IMG/VR virus record: IMGVR_UViG_3300003873_000002
Location: 64,001-128,000 of that record
Length of the DNA: 64,000 nt
Direction: 5' to 3' (one strand)
DNA from: a virus
Shown here: positions 1 to 11,014 of the stretch, piece after piece
Position numbering within the stretch: the first letter of the stretch is position 1
Layout of the letters: every line of letters starts with the position of its first letter
Notes under the pieces: generated by a model
Databases searched by the model: none
Told to the model about the DNA's origin: nothing
Seen by the model: only the letters and a program-made list of their open reading frames with translations
Made by a program: the position numbers and the translations under genes

Positions 1-2868
1 TACTCTTTCATCACATCCAGATCCACCAGATCCATACCCAATAGCATCATATTTAGTTAAAATATCAAATGAGGGTGTGCCACTAGAACATGAATCAATA
101 CCACCACCACCTATTGATCTTTCACCAAAGTAGTTTCCAATATGGACAATGCCCCCACCACCACCACCGTAGTATTCTTTAACTCCGCTTATGCCTATAG
201 GCATACCACTTCCACCCATTGCACTGTTAACTGATGGAGTATGTGGTTTTTTACCTGCACCTCCACCCCCACCAGATGAATAACCTGCATTAATTGCGCC
301 GTCATTACCATAATATGGTCCGTTTGCAGAAGCTCTAAAATCAGCTTTACCAGCTGTAGTGTATGGGCCTTGTGGTGCTTTACCAGCACCAGAACCACCA
401 TCTAACGCGTTTTTATTGCTCCAATAATCACCTGCTGCACCGCCTCTGCATTCAAAAACACTTGAACCGTCTACAGATGACACCATTGTAGTATCACCAC
501 CACGAGAAGGATAAACCCCCTTGCTTTTATCATTTAACCCGGCTGTTCCACCTGCTCCAACATTTATATCATAATACCCTGTTTTTAAATCAATAACATT
601 GTGATAAGCCTCACCTGCACCACCACCAGATCCCCAAGTATAAATACCACCTGCGCCACCTCCTGCTATAGCAAATACTTCAATTGAACCACTCATATCA
701 GCACTCCATGCGATTGAAGTGTTACTTGTAAATTTAATGGTTTCAAATCGACTGTTATTTGTAACTTCAGCATTACCGAAATATGATGCGGCATTGTTTA
801 ACTCAAGATGATCTGATAATAATTTTTTAGACATTTTAAGCAGCAAATCGGTTTTTTTCATTTCATTATACAGTTTTTGAGCCATTGCGCTCATTGAATC
901 AAATTTTATACCATTGATATTTGATTCTGTTGTTGAAATCTTATCAGAAAGCACTTGGGTCTTAGTATCAAGTGCATCAAATGTTGCTTGATCGAATGCT
1001 GCTGATTTATTATTAACTGTGGTAACCTTATCAGCAGCCAGCACTAGTCCATCATACGCATTATTCGCTTTTATTTTTAAATCTGTTATGTTCGCGCTAC
1101 TTTGTTTGTATAACATTTCATCTACACCATCAGTGCGCGTTTTAACACCATCTAAACTTGTGTTCATAACAGCGTTATCAGATTCAATAGTTGTGGTATC
1201 AATTGTATTTGTATCAGATATAATACCATTATCTGTTGTTGTTAGCGAATTATCAATATTAGAATAATAAGTCGGCCCATTTTGGCTCACATCAACTCTT
1301 TTTTCATAAGTTGCAACTCTGCTTTCAATACTAGTTATTTTCTGTGTTACTATATCTGTATTTGATGATTGTAGATTTGCATCACTTAAAATATTTGATA
1401 ATTGTGTTTTTGCATTTACTATAGCGGGATTGATTGTCCCTAAATCAGATACAATAATATCTATTGAATCCTGCTCAACATTAAGATCACTAATATTTAT
1501 TGCGTTCACTTTTGAATCCAAAACATCTATTATTGAATTATAAGTACCACTTGTTATTAACGATTTGAGATTAATTTGTGCTGCATTATCACTATTTATA
1601 ATATTCACAATCTGTGGGATAGTTGTATTGATATTATTGATTACAGCAGTAACCTTCGCAAATAAAGCATCAATAACAGATGTATCAAAATTACCCAAGT
1701 CTGTGGTATTATTCAAATTCTGTAATTTCATATCAGTTAAGTTAGTTAATACATCACTTATTTTTGATGAAATATCATCTCTCGTTGATAATAATGTTTT
1801 CACCCGGGTGTTAAGTTCATCAAAAAATGATTGTGATGTTAATTTTCTAACATTTTCCAATCCTGATATTTTAGTGTCTGCTATGTTTTCATCAGCTACA
1901 TCATTATTATATGCAGTTAAAGAGTTTTTTACAACGTTTTTTATTGTATCTAATTCATTAACTAATGTTGATAAATCATTTTTGATTGCGCTGGTGTCAT
2001 TAATAACACTACTAAAATTTAGTTGTGCTGCTTCGACATCACTCGCTCTTACCATATCATTATTTTCCTGATTATTTATATAATCATTTACAGTGGCCTT
2101 TTTACTGTTGATAAAATCAATCTGGTTGTTAGAAATGGTTAATTTATCATTAATAAATTTAATTGTATCATTAATAAATGCTACTTGCTCATCAATACCC
2201 TCTGCAGTATACAATTTGTTATTTATACTTTCTGCTATTTTTAAATAATCCTTAACAACAAACATATTATTTTTTATAATCACTGTTTGAGATACGGTGG
2301 TGCTATCAGAAATCACATTTGTTACAATGTTATTATTGAATGCGTTTTTTAAATCACTACAAACAGAGCCATCGCGTGGAGTTTCAAAAATAAGTTCGTT
2401 GTTATCAACGCCAGATTTAAATTCGATACCAACACTGACAAAATCTGCTGATGTATCAATATAAACCCAATCAGTTAAATCCACAACACCTGCAACACCG
2501 ATAAATGATGAATTTTTCATTCTAAAATTAACCAAACTTTTTATTGGCTGGTTATATTTATCATAAAACACAAATTCTGCTGTTGATGGATTAGTTGTCT
2601 TAAATCTAGCACAATTACTAAAAGTTCTAAATGATAAAGCGTCGCTATATTTTGCCAGTTTATTGATTTTTTCTTTAGTTGATGCAGGAACAGTATTTTG
2701 TTTATCATACGCATCAGCAATATCAATAAAATTTTGCATGTATGATATATTCCAATCTGGTGTACCACGCCCTATTAGCTGCAAACCTTTATAATATTTA
2801 TGCTCTTCATTTTTGATCAGCATTGATTCCAATGCTGAATCGATGTGATAATCGACTATTTTTGTCAT
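1..2868 (-). CDS. Tail fibre/baseplate-attached protein with coiled-coil shaft and C-terminal glycine-rich domain (3' end truncated by window edge; absent from ORF track)
   Basis: Ends translated by hand: ATG at 2868 gives MTKIVDYHIDSALESMLIKNEEHKYYKGLQLIGRGTPDWNISYMQNFIDIAD and the same frame reads YDAIGYGSGGSGCDERV at position 1; both ends are paralogous to the adjacent 1023 aa protein (YKGLTLIGKRTADWNEPIQQNFVTLAD; DALGFGNGGGG). Middle not translated codon by codon. Confidence 0.8.
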   Translation of the reverse strand, partial: MTKIVDYHIDSALESMLIKNEEHKYYKGLQLIGRGTPDWNISYMQNFIDIADAYDKQNTVPASTKEKINKLAKYSDALSFRTFSNCARFKTTNPSTAEFVFYDKYNQPIKSLVNFRMKNSSFIGVAGVVDLTDWVYIDTSADFVSVGIEFKSGVDNNELIFETPRDGSVCSDLKNAFNNNIVTNVISDSTTVSQTVIIKNNMFVVKDYLKIAESINNKLYTAEGIDEQVAFINDTIKFINDKLTISNNQIDFINSKKATVNDYINNQENNDMVRASDVEAAQLNFSSVINDTSAIKNDLSTLVNELDTIKNVVKNSLTAYNNDVADENIADTKISGLENVRKLTSQSFFDELNTRVKTLLSTRDDISSKISDVLTNLTDMKLQNLNNTTDLGNFDTSVIDALFAKVTAVINNINTTIPQIVNIINSDNAAQINLKSLITSGTYNSIIDVLDSKVNAINISDLNVEQDSIDIIVSDLGTINPAIVNAKTQLSNILSDANLQSSNTDIVTQKITSIESRVATYEKRVDVSQNGPTYYSNIDNSLTTTDNGIISDTNTIDTTTIESDNAVMNTSLDGVKTRTDGVDEMLYKQSSANITDLKIKANNAYDGLVLAADKVTTVNNKSAAFDQATFDALDTKTQVLSDKISTTESNINGIKFDSMSAMAQKLYNEMKKTDLLLKMSKKLLSDHLELNNAASYFGNAEVTNNSRFETIKFTSNTSIAWSADMSGSIEVFAIAGGGAGGIYTWGSGGGAGEAYHNVIDLKTGYYDINVGAGGTAGLNDKSKGVYPSRGGDTTMVSSVDGSSVFECRGGAAGDYWSNKNALDGGSGAGKAPQGPYTTAGKADFRASANGPYYGNDGAINAGYSSGGGGGAGKKPHTPSVNSAMGGSGMPIGISGVKEYYGGGGGGIVHIGNYFGERSIGGGGIDSCSSGTPSFDILTKYDAIGYGSGGSGCDERV

Positions 2869-2880
2869 TTTATTAATTCC

Positions 2881-5800
2881 TTATCTTTTGTGGATTATAA
2901 TAATACCATTTGAGCCAGACCCACCAAAAGTTGCATCTGTAGTTAAACATACACCACCACCACCATTTCCAAATCCTAGCGCATCTACATGATTGCTTAC
3001 TTCGTCGACTGTGACTACAGTATCATAACTTTTTTGTGCAGAACCACCAACATTATTTGTTCTTGGTAGAAAATTACTATCTGCTATTATATTTTGCCCC
3101 ACTGAAGCACCACCACATCCATAATATTCAGTTTTGCCAGTAATTGAACAAGGATATCCGAATAGGCCATTGCCACCTATTTGATCTGGTGTTTCAGTAT
3201 TTATTGATGATGGGAAATTATAACCCATAAAGCTTCTATCAGTGTATTCAAATGCACCTGACCCACCGCCACCGAGAGATGATCCTCGAGGAATTGACGC
3301 ATCATTATATTTATAATATTCTTTATCTTTTCCAATCATTAAAGATTTTTTTGCACCTTCATAATTTGCATCTAATGGCATACCACCACAACAACCACCT
3401 TGCACTTGGCTATAGTCTTTATTGCCATGAAAGCTTCCACCACCTCCACCTTGCACAGTGATACCAAATGCGGATGTTTCACCACCCCTTACACCAGGTG
3501 TATTTGCTGTTACTGCAAATAATTTACCACCTTCACCGACAACCAAATCATACGTACCAGCTTTTAATTTAAAGAATTTATTGTGGTATACAGCTCCTCC
3601 ACCACCACCACATGGATATGTATAATATGCAGATGAACATGCACCTGACCCACCACCAGCAACCATCATAAGCTCAACCACACAGTCATTGGAAACAGTA
3701 ATTTGGTCGTTACCATAACATGTAAATAATTCTGAACCGTCCTGCAGGATTTCTCGAACAATATTTGTGCCGGTTATTGAAGACTCATTTCCGTTCGTAT
3801 AAACTCTGTTATTATCATATAATGAATTAATGAATGTAAAAGCTTTATCCAAATCTACTTTTTTTGCATTGTTATAAGCAACCATTGAATCATAACTAGA
3901 TGAAATATTAGTAAATCTGTTATTAAAATCAGTGATTTCGCTTTCAATATTTGTAACTTTTGTATCTAAAACATCTACTTTAGATACCGCATTATCAACT
4001 TGTGTATTTGCGTTGTTAATTGATGCAGTCATTACATCTACACGTGCAGACGCATCATCAATTGCGGCAATGGATGTATTAACTTGAGAAATCAAATTGT
4101 TTGTCTGATCACTTAATGCAGTAATTTCAGCTGTTGTTGCTTGATCATTTCTCGCTTCTAGTGTAGTTAATCTAGCCTTTAATGTGTCAATAACACTATT
4201 TGTATTCGCGATATTTGTTGTTATGGATGCTATCTTAGCTGCAGCAGTTGCAACGTCATTACTAAACACATTATAGCTGTCACTCAAATTGTTTGCTTTT
4301 GTTTCTAAATCAAAGACACGTTGAGTATTGATATTAAAAACAAGGTTATTATTTTCAATATTTGTGATTCTTGTATTTAAATCTGTTTCGTTTGCAGTTA
4401 AAGTAGGTAGTTTTGAATCGATATTACTAATATCTGTATTAATACTATTAATTGTGTTATTGATGTTTAATATATCGTTTTTAGCTGTATCTGATTGTGC
4501 TTGTAAATCAAGGATATTATTTTTATTTAGATTATTTACAATAACAGATAAACTATCAACTTTTGTTAAAGCAGTGTTAACATCATCAATAGATGTTTGT
4601 GTGCTCGCAAGTAGTGTTTTATAATCATTTAATAAAGTGTTATAATTATTAACTAATGTGTTATTATCATTCACTAGACCGTCAACAGAAGTCGTTGATG
4701 CAGTATCTTGTCTATTTTTGATATCTGTAACAGATGTTTTAAGTGTATTTATTTGAGTTTGAAGATCCACTCCAACAGTTACATTATTACTATTACGCGC
4801 GATAATATCTGCTAATGATGTACTAATATTATCTGCTTCAGTTTTCAGTGTTGATACATCTGCTGCGAGAACATGATCATAACTAGTATCTAGTAAATCA
4901 ACACGTGTTTTGATATCGTTTAGCACACCGTTTAATGTATCTATATTTGTTTGTGTGTCTGTTGTAGTGGTATTCAATGCCACCATATCATTTTGCATAG
5001 TAGTTATTTGTGACTGCATACTATTAATTGTTTCTGGGGAAACAAGCTGGGCTGTTGCTTCGAGTGATTTAATTCTTGCATCGAAATCTGATATATTTTT
5101 TAACGCAGTTTGCATTTCACTGTATGTACTTTGAATAGTAGCTGACTGTGTTTCTTGATTATTTTTTACTGTCGCAATTTCACCGGGCAATGGGCTGATT
5201 TCTGCTGCATAATTTGAATTGTCACTTTCAATTTTATCAATACGCGATGCAAGTGTGTTTACTAAATCAACTACTTTAAGTGATTTAAATGTAATGGCAC
5301 TAAAATCAATTTTCGATTGTACGGGGTCTACCATATCCAATTCATAAATAGTATTATATTGTGAACCATCAAATGACTCAATTACTAATTTTGTATCTGG
5401 TGTAAATGGCAGTGAAGCTCCACAACGCCAAACCATATTTGAAACCTTAGAAGCATCAAAATCAGAACCGAAATCGAGTGTTATATGATCACCAGTTTGG
5501 ACAGTTAAGAAAAATTTACTTTGTTCATCTACGGTTTCACTGTAAAATGCCGAATCTGTTGACCCGTCACCCCTTACACTTTCCACTACTGATAAATTTG
5601 GGTATGATATGAAATCACCATTCGCGTCATAAAATGATATTGTAGATACAGTATTGTAAGGATATAAATTATTTTTTGAGATTAATGTAAAGCGCATACG
5701 ACGTGTGCAAAGATATATCGCATCGTTGTTGTAAACACCCATGATTTTTTCTATATCTTTGTCATACATTGAAATGGATGTTGTATTAATTCTGTCAGCT

Positions 5801-5952
5801 AATGTGACAAAATTCTGTTGTATTGGCTCATTCCAGTCAGCAGTTCTTTTACCTATTAGAGTTAAACCTTTGTACTGTAAACTTTGGGTAGGTGCCAATG
5901 ATATATTACCCACTGAAGTTGTTAACGTATAAGTTGTATTTGCATCAGACAT
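2881..5952 (-). CDS. Long tail fibre-like virion protein (coiled-coil shaft, C-terminal glycine-rich domain)
   Basis: 1023 aa; N-terminal LTLIG..W...NF motif, ~450 aa heptad-rich region, C-terminal VAGGGSG/GGGGGAV...GGSGSNGIIII glycine-rich domain. Confidence 0.75.
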   Translation of the reverse strand: MSDANTTYTLTTSVGNISLAPTQSLQYKGLTLIGKRTADWNEPIQQNFVTLADRINTTSISMYDKDIEKIMGVYNNDAIYLCTRRMRFTLISKNNLYPYNTVSTISFYDANGDFISYPNLSVVESVRGDGSTDSAFYSETVDEQSKFFLTVQTGDHITLDFGSDFDASKVSNMVWRCGASLPFTPDTKLVIESFDGSQYNTIYELDMVDPVQSKIDFSAITFKSLKVVDLVNTLASRIDKIESDNSNYAAEISPLPGEIATVKNNQETQSATIQSTYSEMQTALKNISDFDARIKSLEATAQLVSPETINSMQSQITTMQNDMVALNTTTTDTQTNIDTLNGVLNDIKTRVDLLDTSYDHVLAADVSTLKTEADNISTSLADIIARNSNNVTVGVDLQTQINTLKTSVTDIKNRQDTASTTSVDGLVNDNNTLVNNYNTLLNDYKTLLASTQTSIDDVNTALTKVDSLSVIVNNLNKNNILDLQAQSDTAKNDILNINNTINSINTDISNIDSKLPTLTANETDLNTRITNIENNNLVFNINTQRVFDLETKANNLSDSYNVFSNDVATAAAKIASITTNIANTNSVIDTLKARLTTLEARNDQATTAEITALSDQTNNLISQVNTSIAAIDDASARVDVMTASINNANTQVDNAVSKVDVLDTKVTNIESEITDFNNRFTNISSSYDSMVAYNNAKKVDLDKAFTFINSLYDNNRVYTNGNESSITGTNIVREILQDGSELFTCYGNDQITVSNDCVVELMMVAGGGSGACSSAYYTYPCGGGGGAVYHNKFFKLKAGTYDLVVGEGGKLFAVTANTPGVRGGETSAFGITVQGGGGGSFHGNKDYSQVQGGCCGGMPLDANYEGAKKSLMIGKDKEYYKYNDASIPRGSSLGGGGSGAFEYTDRSFMGYNFPSSINTETPDQIGGNGLFGYPCSITGKTEYYGCGGASVGQNIIADSNFLPRTNNVGGSAQKSYDTVVTVDEVSNHVDALGFGNGGGGVCLTTDATFGGSGSNGIIIIHKR

Positions 5953-5995
5953 TGCATTGAATCCTTATATTTGTGTGATTATTTATACTTAATAT

Positions 5996-6021
5996 AAAAA
6001 AAGGGCATTGCTGCCCCTTTT
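5996..6021 (-). terminator. Rho-independent terminator
   Basis: Minus strand GGGGCA-GCAA-TGCCCT followed by a T run (GNRA tetraloop, one G-U pair), just downstream of the 636 aa gene. Confidence 0.85.
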
Positions 6022-6059
6022 ATTTAGTTGTTAAAATTAATTGCTATTAATTTTCAAGA

Positions 6060-7970
6060 TTATGCAGTTAAACCTTCACCTGCAAGTCCTGTTCCGGCAC
6101 CTGTATTAGAGATAGCGCGGTAGAAATATGAAGCTTTGCATGTTTTACCATCAAACTCACCTGCAGTTGAAGTAGCAAGTGTAATAACGTTATTGGCAAC
6201 TGATGAAACGTTAACAGCCAATGCTTCAGAATTATTTGTTCCAGCATAAACTACGATTTCACCCCATACAATTCCGTTAATACCATCAGCGATGTTATTA
6301 GAAACTGTTACAGTATCACCAACAACTTTAAGTGTTCCACCCATACCTTCGACTTTAGGACGTAAGATATAATCATAAGCGGTTTGGGCTGCATCAGCTT
6401 CTGCTTTAGCAATTGAACCAACACCAGTACCCTCAATTACATCTAAACGATCAGAAGAAGCTTTATCACCAGCAACACGCGCAACCTGCTCATCAGCATC
6501 TGCCTGTTGTAATGAAGCTTGTACAGAATCTAAATTAGCTTGTACACCTGCATCACCAGCTACGCGGTCAGCTGCTTCCTGTGTATCTGCAGCAACACGT
6601 AGTGCAGCTTCATCAGAAACAGCTTTGGCAACAGAACCATTTACAGTTGCAGGTCCTTCTAAAGTTGTTAAACGTGACTCGTGGTCAGTGTCAATACCCG
6701 TAGAACGAGTAACTTCTGAATCTAATGCAGACTGTAAAGCAGCATCAGCAGCCTGGCGATCAGTTGCTTCTTGTGCATCAGCAGCTTGACGGTCAGTTAC
6801 TTCCTGTGTAAGTGCATTAGAATTTGAAGTTTCAGCAGCAGTTGCGCGTTGAACTTCAGTTTGTAAAGCAGCTGCACCATCAGAATCAGCTTGCACACGA
6901 GCAGCGGTTTCCGCATCGATTGAGTTTTGTAAAGCGGCTTCAGCTAATGTAGCGCGACTTTTTTCATTATCAACTAAACCAGAAACTTCTGCAAAATCTG
7001 CAAATTTAATGAATGATTTACCTGAACCAACCCATGATGTAGGGACCAAATCACCATTTTCTGATCCGATTGCAACATATACGTCTTTATCACCAGAGAT
7101 GAAATAACCCCATCCAGCTTCAGTTGCTGCAGGGTCAAGATTATCAAGATCTGCAGTTGTTGGGAATTGTGCCATCCAACGGATACCAGCAACTAATCCA
7201 CTTTCGACTGTCTTTAAACGAGTGTCTAATGCATTATCACCTGATACACGCGCAGTAGTTTCAGCGGCTAAGTTATCTGATACTAGTTGCTCTGCACCTG
7301 TAGCGCGTTGAACTTCAGCATCGATAGCTGATTGTAAAACACCATCAGCAGCTGTGCGATCAGTAACTTCGTTGTTGATTAAAGAAGTTAAAGCGTCATC
7401 TGCAGCAGTTCTAGCAGTAGATTCTGCGGTATCAGCTGCTGTACGTAAATCAGCTTCTGATTTAACAGCGTTCTTAATTGAACCAACAACTGTATCATCA
7501 CCTTCAATAGTATCTAAACGAGCTGAGGCTGCATCATCAGCAGTTTGACGAAGTGTGGCTTCACCTGAAACAGCTGTTTGACGGTCTGCAACTTCTTGTG
7601 TGATAGCAGTTTGAAGTGTAGTATCAGCTGCAGCAAATTCGCTACGAACAGCGTTATCACCCGCAGTGCGGTCTGTGACTTCTTGGGCATCAGCTGCATC
7701 AGATGCTGCTTTGTTTGCTTTGATGATGGCCTCGATTTCACTCAAAGTATCATAACCAGCATCTGCGCCGTTGATTAAATCTAAAATAGCTTGTTGTACG
7801 CTAGTCGAGGTAGATGAGATTTGACCAGCAAGAATTTTACCTTGCTCAGCTGATAATGGAACACCTGTACCACCATCAACAAGGTTATTTACGATATCTA
7901 AAGTATTAACTTTTTCTAATAATGCAGGTACCGCTTTTGTTCCATATTGACGAAATTTTGTAATAGCCAT
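6060..7970 (-). CDS. Ala-rich coiled-coil fibre/whisker-like structural protein
   Basis: 636 aa; phage fibre motifs NNLVDGGTGVPLSAEQGKIL and LINGADAGYDTLSEI; many E..R..AD repeats; visibly higher GC and own terminator suggest high expression. Confidence 0.7.
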   Translation of the reverse strand: MAITKFRQYGTKAVPALLEKVNTLDIVNNLVDGGTGVPLSAEQGKILAGQISSTSTSVQQAILDLINGADAGYDTLSEIEAIIKANKAASDAADAQEVTDRTAGDNAVRSEFAAADTTLQTAITQEVADRQTAVSGEATLRQTADDAASARLDTIEGDDTVVGSIKNAVKSEADLRTAADTAESTARTAADDALTSLINNEVTDRTAADGVLQSAIDAEVQRATGAEQLVSDNLAAETTARVSGDNALDTRLKTVESGLVAGIRWMAQFPTTADLDNLDPAATEAGWGYFISGDKDVYVAIGSENGDLVPTSWVGSGKSFIKFADFAEVSGLVDNEKSRATLAEAALQNSIDAETAARVQADSDGAAALQTEVQRATAAETSNSNALTQEVTDRQAADAQEATDRQAADAALQSALDSEVTRSTGIDTDHESRLTTLEGPATVNGSVAKAVSDEAALRVAADTQEAADRVAGDAGVQANLDSVQASLQQADADEQVARVAGDKASSDRLDVIEGTGVGSIAKAEADAAQTAYDYILRPKVEGMGGTLKVVGDTVTVSNNIADGINGIVWGEIVVYAGTNNSEALAVNVSSVANNVITLATSTAGEFDGKTCKASYFYRAISNTGAGTGLAGEGLTA

Positions 7971-8047
7971 AATGACTCCTAATATTTTTATTAATTGATT
8001 GATTGATTTGCTAAAAGCCGAATGAAAGTAGTTTTATAACGTGCAGG

Positions 8048-8239
8048 TTATTTTTGAATCATGTAAATCTTTTTATTTATTTTGTGAAATTTTCTAAAAG
8101 AAGAAGTTTTATATTCGCTTTTTAATTTTACGAATGTATTTAATTCAATATCAAAATTGATTTTTTTATCCACAACAAAATATTTATATCCATGCATTAT
8201 TAAAAATGCGGACAAACCACTATCTGTAACAGTTACCAC
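8048..8239 (-). CDS. Small hypothetical protein
   Basis: 63 aa ORF in operon orientation, basic. Confidence 0.45.
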   Translation of the reverse strand: MVTVTDSGLSAFLIMHGYKYFVVDKKINFDIELNTFVKLKSEYKTSSFRKFHKINKKIYMIQK

Positions 8240-8258
8240 ATTTATACCTGTATATGTT

Positions 8259-8723
8259 TTATAATCGGACTAAATATTTTACTTCTGCTGTATCACCATA
8301 CTGGTTAACTCCTTCAGTAAAAAATTCAATACGTCTACCCATTATATTAAATGTTCCATCGAGTACATTATTCGTACGCCGCCCATTCGAATCGACTTTA
8401 GTAACAACAACACTAATAATTTCACCTTGGGGTTCATGTGTAAGTATAACAAAATTCTTTTGTTTTAAATCATCCCAATGTATTGGTAAGCGCATATCAT
8501 TGATAATCGATGAACTTTCTTGAATATGATTTCTTTCTTCATCAAATATCATTTGTACTCTGTCTTGCAACTCCGGTATCAGATTTGCTGTTATTATTTT
8601 ATCTGAAATATCGATTGCGAAAGTTTCATCCTGATTACAGTTATTTGGTATAACTTTTGCTCCAACTGTTTGATTTATAATTGTAGAAAATCTTCTACCA
8701 GATTCTCTGTATTTAACTCTCAT
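8259..8723 (-). CDS. Hypothetical virion protein; C-terminus resembles that of the 636 aa fibre
   Basis: 154 aa; AAGGA RBS; C-terminal IEFFTEGVNQYGDTAEVKY resembles ITLATSTAGEFDGKTCKASY. Confidence 0.55.
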   Translation of the reverse strand: MRVKYRESGRRFSTIINQTVGAKVIPNNCNQDETFAIDISDKIITANLIPELQDRVQMIFDEERNHIQESSSIINDMRLPIHWDDLKQKNFVILTHEPQGEIISVVVTKVDSNGRRTNNVLDGTFNIMGRRIEFFTEGVNQYGDTAEVKYLVRL

Positions 8724-8732
8724 ACTACATCC

Positions 8733-9293
8733 TTATGGTAATTTTTTGTTAGTCCTATAAACCAAAACATCACCTTCTAAAACTTTATCCACTCTGTTAA
8801 TTGAATTTTCAGTTATTTCTATAGTATATGAACCCCGTTGTATTGTATCAAATTCTTTATTTCTTGAATAAATAAGACTATATGTCTGGTCGGGAGTCAG
8901 TTCAAATTTAAATGTTGAATCTTTTTGCAAAACACCATCAACAGAAATATCAATTGTTTTCGTTGATGAAGATGACCTAAATGTTCTAATATAAAGTTTA
9001 GCAGAATAATCTTCAATATTTGCAAGTTGTGATGTTTTGAAAATTTTATAAAAAACTGTTAGTTCACTATGTGATAAGTGCTTTGCAATAAGATTTTCAC
9101 ATACAGTCATAAAATCTTTTTTGGATATATCATACCCTAATATAATAATTAATGTACTTTTAATGTCATACGGAATGCTCAATCCCATAATAAAATCAAG
9201 TAAGCGCGATTTATATAACTCATCATCTAATAAAGTTAAATTAAGAAACCAGCTAGATCCTTGGTCAATATGTATAGGATTTGTATCAAACAT
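8733..9293 (-). CDS. Putative baseplate/virion structural protein
   Basis: 186 aa; N-terminal IHIDQGSSW and C-terminal RVDKVLEGDVLV typical of small beta-sandwich phage structural proteins; GAGGA RBS. Confidence 0.55.
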   Translation of the reverse strand: MFDTNPIHIDQGSSWFLNLTLLDDELYKSRLLDFIMGLSIPYDIKSTLIIILGYDISKKDFMTVCENLIAKHLSHSELTVFYKIFKTSQLANIEDYSAKLYIRTFRSSSSTKTIDISVDGVLQKDSTFKFELTPDQTYSLIYSRNKEFDTIQRGSYTIEITENSINRVDKVLEGDVLVYRTNKKLP

Positions 9294-9352
9294 TTATTAT
9301 TCCTCTTCAATGCACTTATTTAATTATATTATATTATTATATATTAAATGTC

Positions 9353-10051
9353 TTAATATTTTTTAACAATTTTAATATTAGTGCAAATACTATTAATTTT
9401 TGCAGGCGTTGATTTATACGCGGATATATTTTTTGTTTGTTTTATATTTTTCATAAAATACAATTCACTCTTTGGGATGTCATTATAATTAATGATCTTA
9501 AAAAATCCATATGGAATTAATAATTTACCAACTCTTTTAGCACTATTTGTATAACATACACCAGTTATAACAAAAATATCATGAGTTTTTGCAGTATTAA
9601 AAACATATTTTTCAAGTTGTTTCCATGCTCTTCTATTTAAACCAGGTGCTTGTGGGGAAACATTAGCTAAAGTAAATAACTCGCGCTGAAGTGATTTGTT
9701 TACATCTAACGCGGCATTTGGTGCCAAATGGCCTTTATCATAACCGGTATGACTATAGTCAGATGACCTGATTGCATATTTTTTGCTTATATGGTGTTCC
9801 ATATGAAAACCAGGTCTTTTTTTAAGTGATGGTGCAGAAACTATATTTTTATCCAAATAATATGATGAATACTCAGCATTCTTTAATTTATAGTTATAAC
9901 AAATATCATAAAGATGATAATTTATAACCTTATCACATTGTGTTTTAACAGTATAATCCGCAAGAGAATCACCCCACCATATAATATTAATTATAAATAA
10001 AATTAAAACTAATGTTTTGGGGGTTTTTAATGTTTTTATATAGTGACCCAT
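9353..10051 (-). CDS. DNA/RNA non-specific endonuclease (NucA/EndA family) with N-terminal signal/anchor
   Basis: YDKGHLAP catalytic motif, TLANVSPQ..LNR..W..LE, IPYGFFKI; hydrophobic N-terminus LVLILFIINIIWW. Confidence 0.9.
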   Translation of the reverse strand: MGHYIKTLKTPKTLVLILFIINIIWWGDSLADYTVKTQCDKVINYHLYDICYNYKLKNAEYSSYYLDKNIVSAPSLKKRPGFHMEHHISKKYAIRSSDYSHTGYDKGHLAPNAALDVNKSLQRELFTLANVSPQAPGLNRRAWKQLEKYVFNTAKTHDIFVITGVCYTNSAKRVGKLLIPYGFFKIINYNDIPKSELYFMKNIKQTKNISAYKSTPAKINSICTNIKIVKKY

Positions 10052-10073
10052 ATTATTTCCTTGTTATATGATT

Positions 10074-11003
10074 TTAAAAAATGCCTGTAAATGTGATTAA
10101 TCCAGCCACAGCTAATAATACTGTAGAAAGCATTAAAATATTTTTATAATATTCTGTGGATGGTGTGTTAAAATATGATTTTCCAATATAAAGGCACTTA
10201 TGCATTGGCGATAAAAGATATGCAATGAACTCAATAGTAAAGAACCATAATAAGTATTGTTCGCCATAAATAGTAACTAAAATTGCCACAATTGCTGCAA
10301 ATCTACTACTTGAACCCAATAAAAATGCACCCATAAAACCAATCAGAGAAGCAATAAATAAAGTTACACTTTCATGTTCAATAAAAGATTTAACTTCATT
10401 AGTATGTTCTTTTAAAATATTCGTCGCAAAAATTAACAGAGCAAGCACAATAATGATATCCCATCTTACATACTCCAATAAATTCTTAGGTTGTATATTG
10501 CATCTTGCACCACAACATGGTTTTTTGATTTCCACATTAATATTTTCTTCATCTAGCTTGAAAATAACCAGCCAAATAATAAACGCGAAAACAACTATAA
10601 TAGCAGGTGCCATTGTTTCAACTAAGCCCCAATATGACATCCCTAGAACCGCCATTGGGATGATAACTGATTTTTCAATGGGTGACCATAAGTAATAATG
10701 GTGTGTAGCAAAATAATCTATAATACCATAGATTTGTCTTTTTCTTTTATTTTTTGGTGCAATCTGGTCTAATATACCAGCAGATACTGATACTCTACCT
10801 GGCACAGGCAAAATACCACCAAATGCAGATATTAATAAAACAACTATTTTTTTATTCTTAATGGTCTTTAATAAATAATTAAAAAATGGCATAAAAATGC
10901 CTGTATCCTTTGCATATCCAGCAAAGATCATAATAAAACCAAGGTAAAAAAGATACCATTGATTGTGTGTTAATAAATGTAAAATATGATTATAATCAGT
11001 CAT
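10074..11003 (-). CDS. Multi-pass membrane protein (ion/citrate transporter-like)
   Basis: 309 aa, ~8-9 hydrophobic segments, GGILPVPGR, HHYYLWSP and YLLSPMHKC motifs. Confidence 0.65.
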   Translation of the reverse strand: MTDYNHILHLLTHNQWYLFYLGFIMIFAGYAKDTGIFMPFFNYLLKTIKNKKIVVLLISAFGGILPVPGRVSVSAGILDQIAPKNKRKRQIYGIIDYFATHHYYLWSPIEKSVIIPMAVLGMSYWGLVETMAPAIIVVFAFIIWLVIFKLDEENINVEIKKPCCGARCNIQPKNLLEYVRWDIIIVLALLIFATNILKEHTNEVKSFIEHESVTLFIASLIGFMGAFLLGSSSRFAAIVAILVTIYGEQYLLWFFTIEFIAYLLSPMHKCLYIGKSYFNTPSTEYYKNILMLSTVLLAVAGLITFTGIF

Positions 11004-11014
11004 TCTTTATTTCC

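Noticed and set aside
8167-8175. Perfect DnaA box TTATCCACA
   Set aside because: Single copy inside an ORF and far from the putative origin; expected by chance
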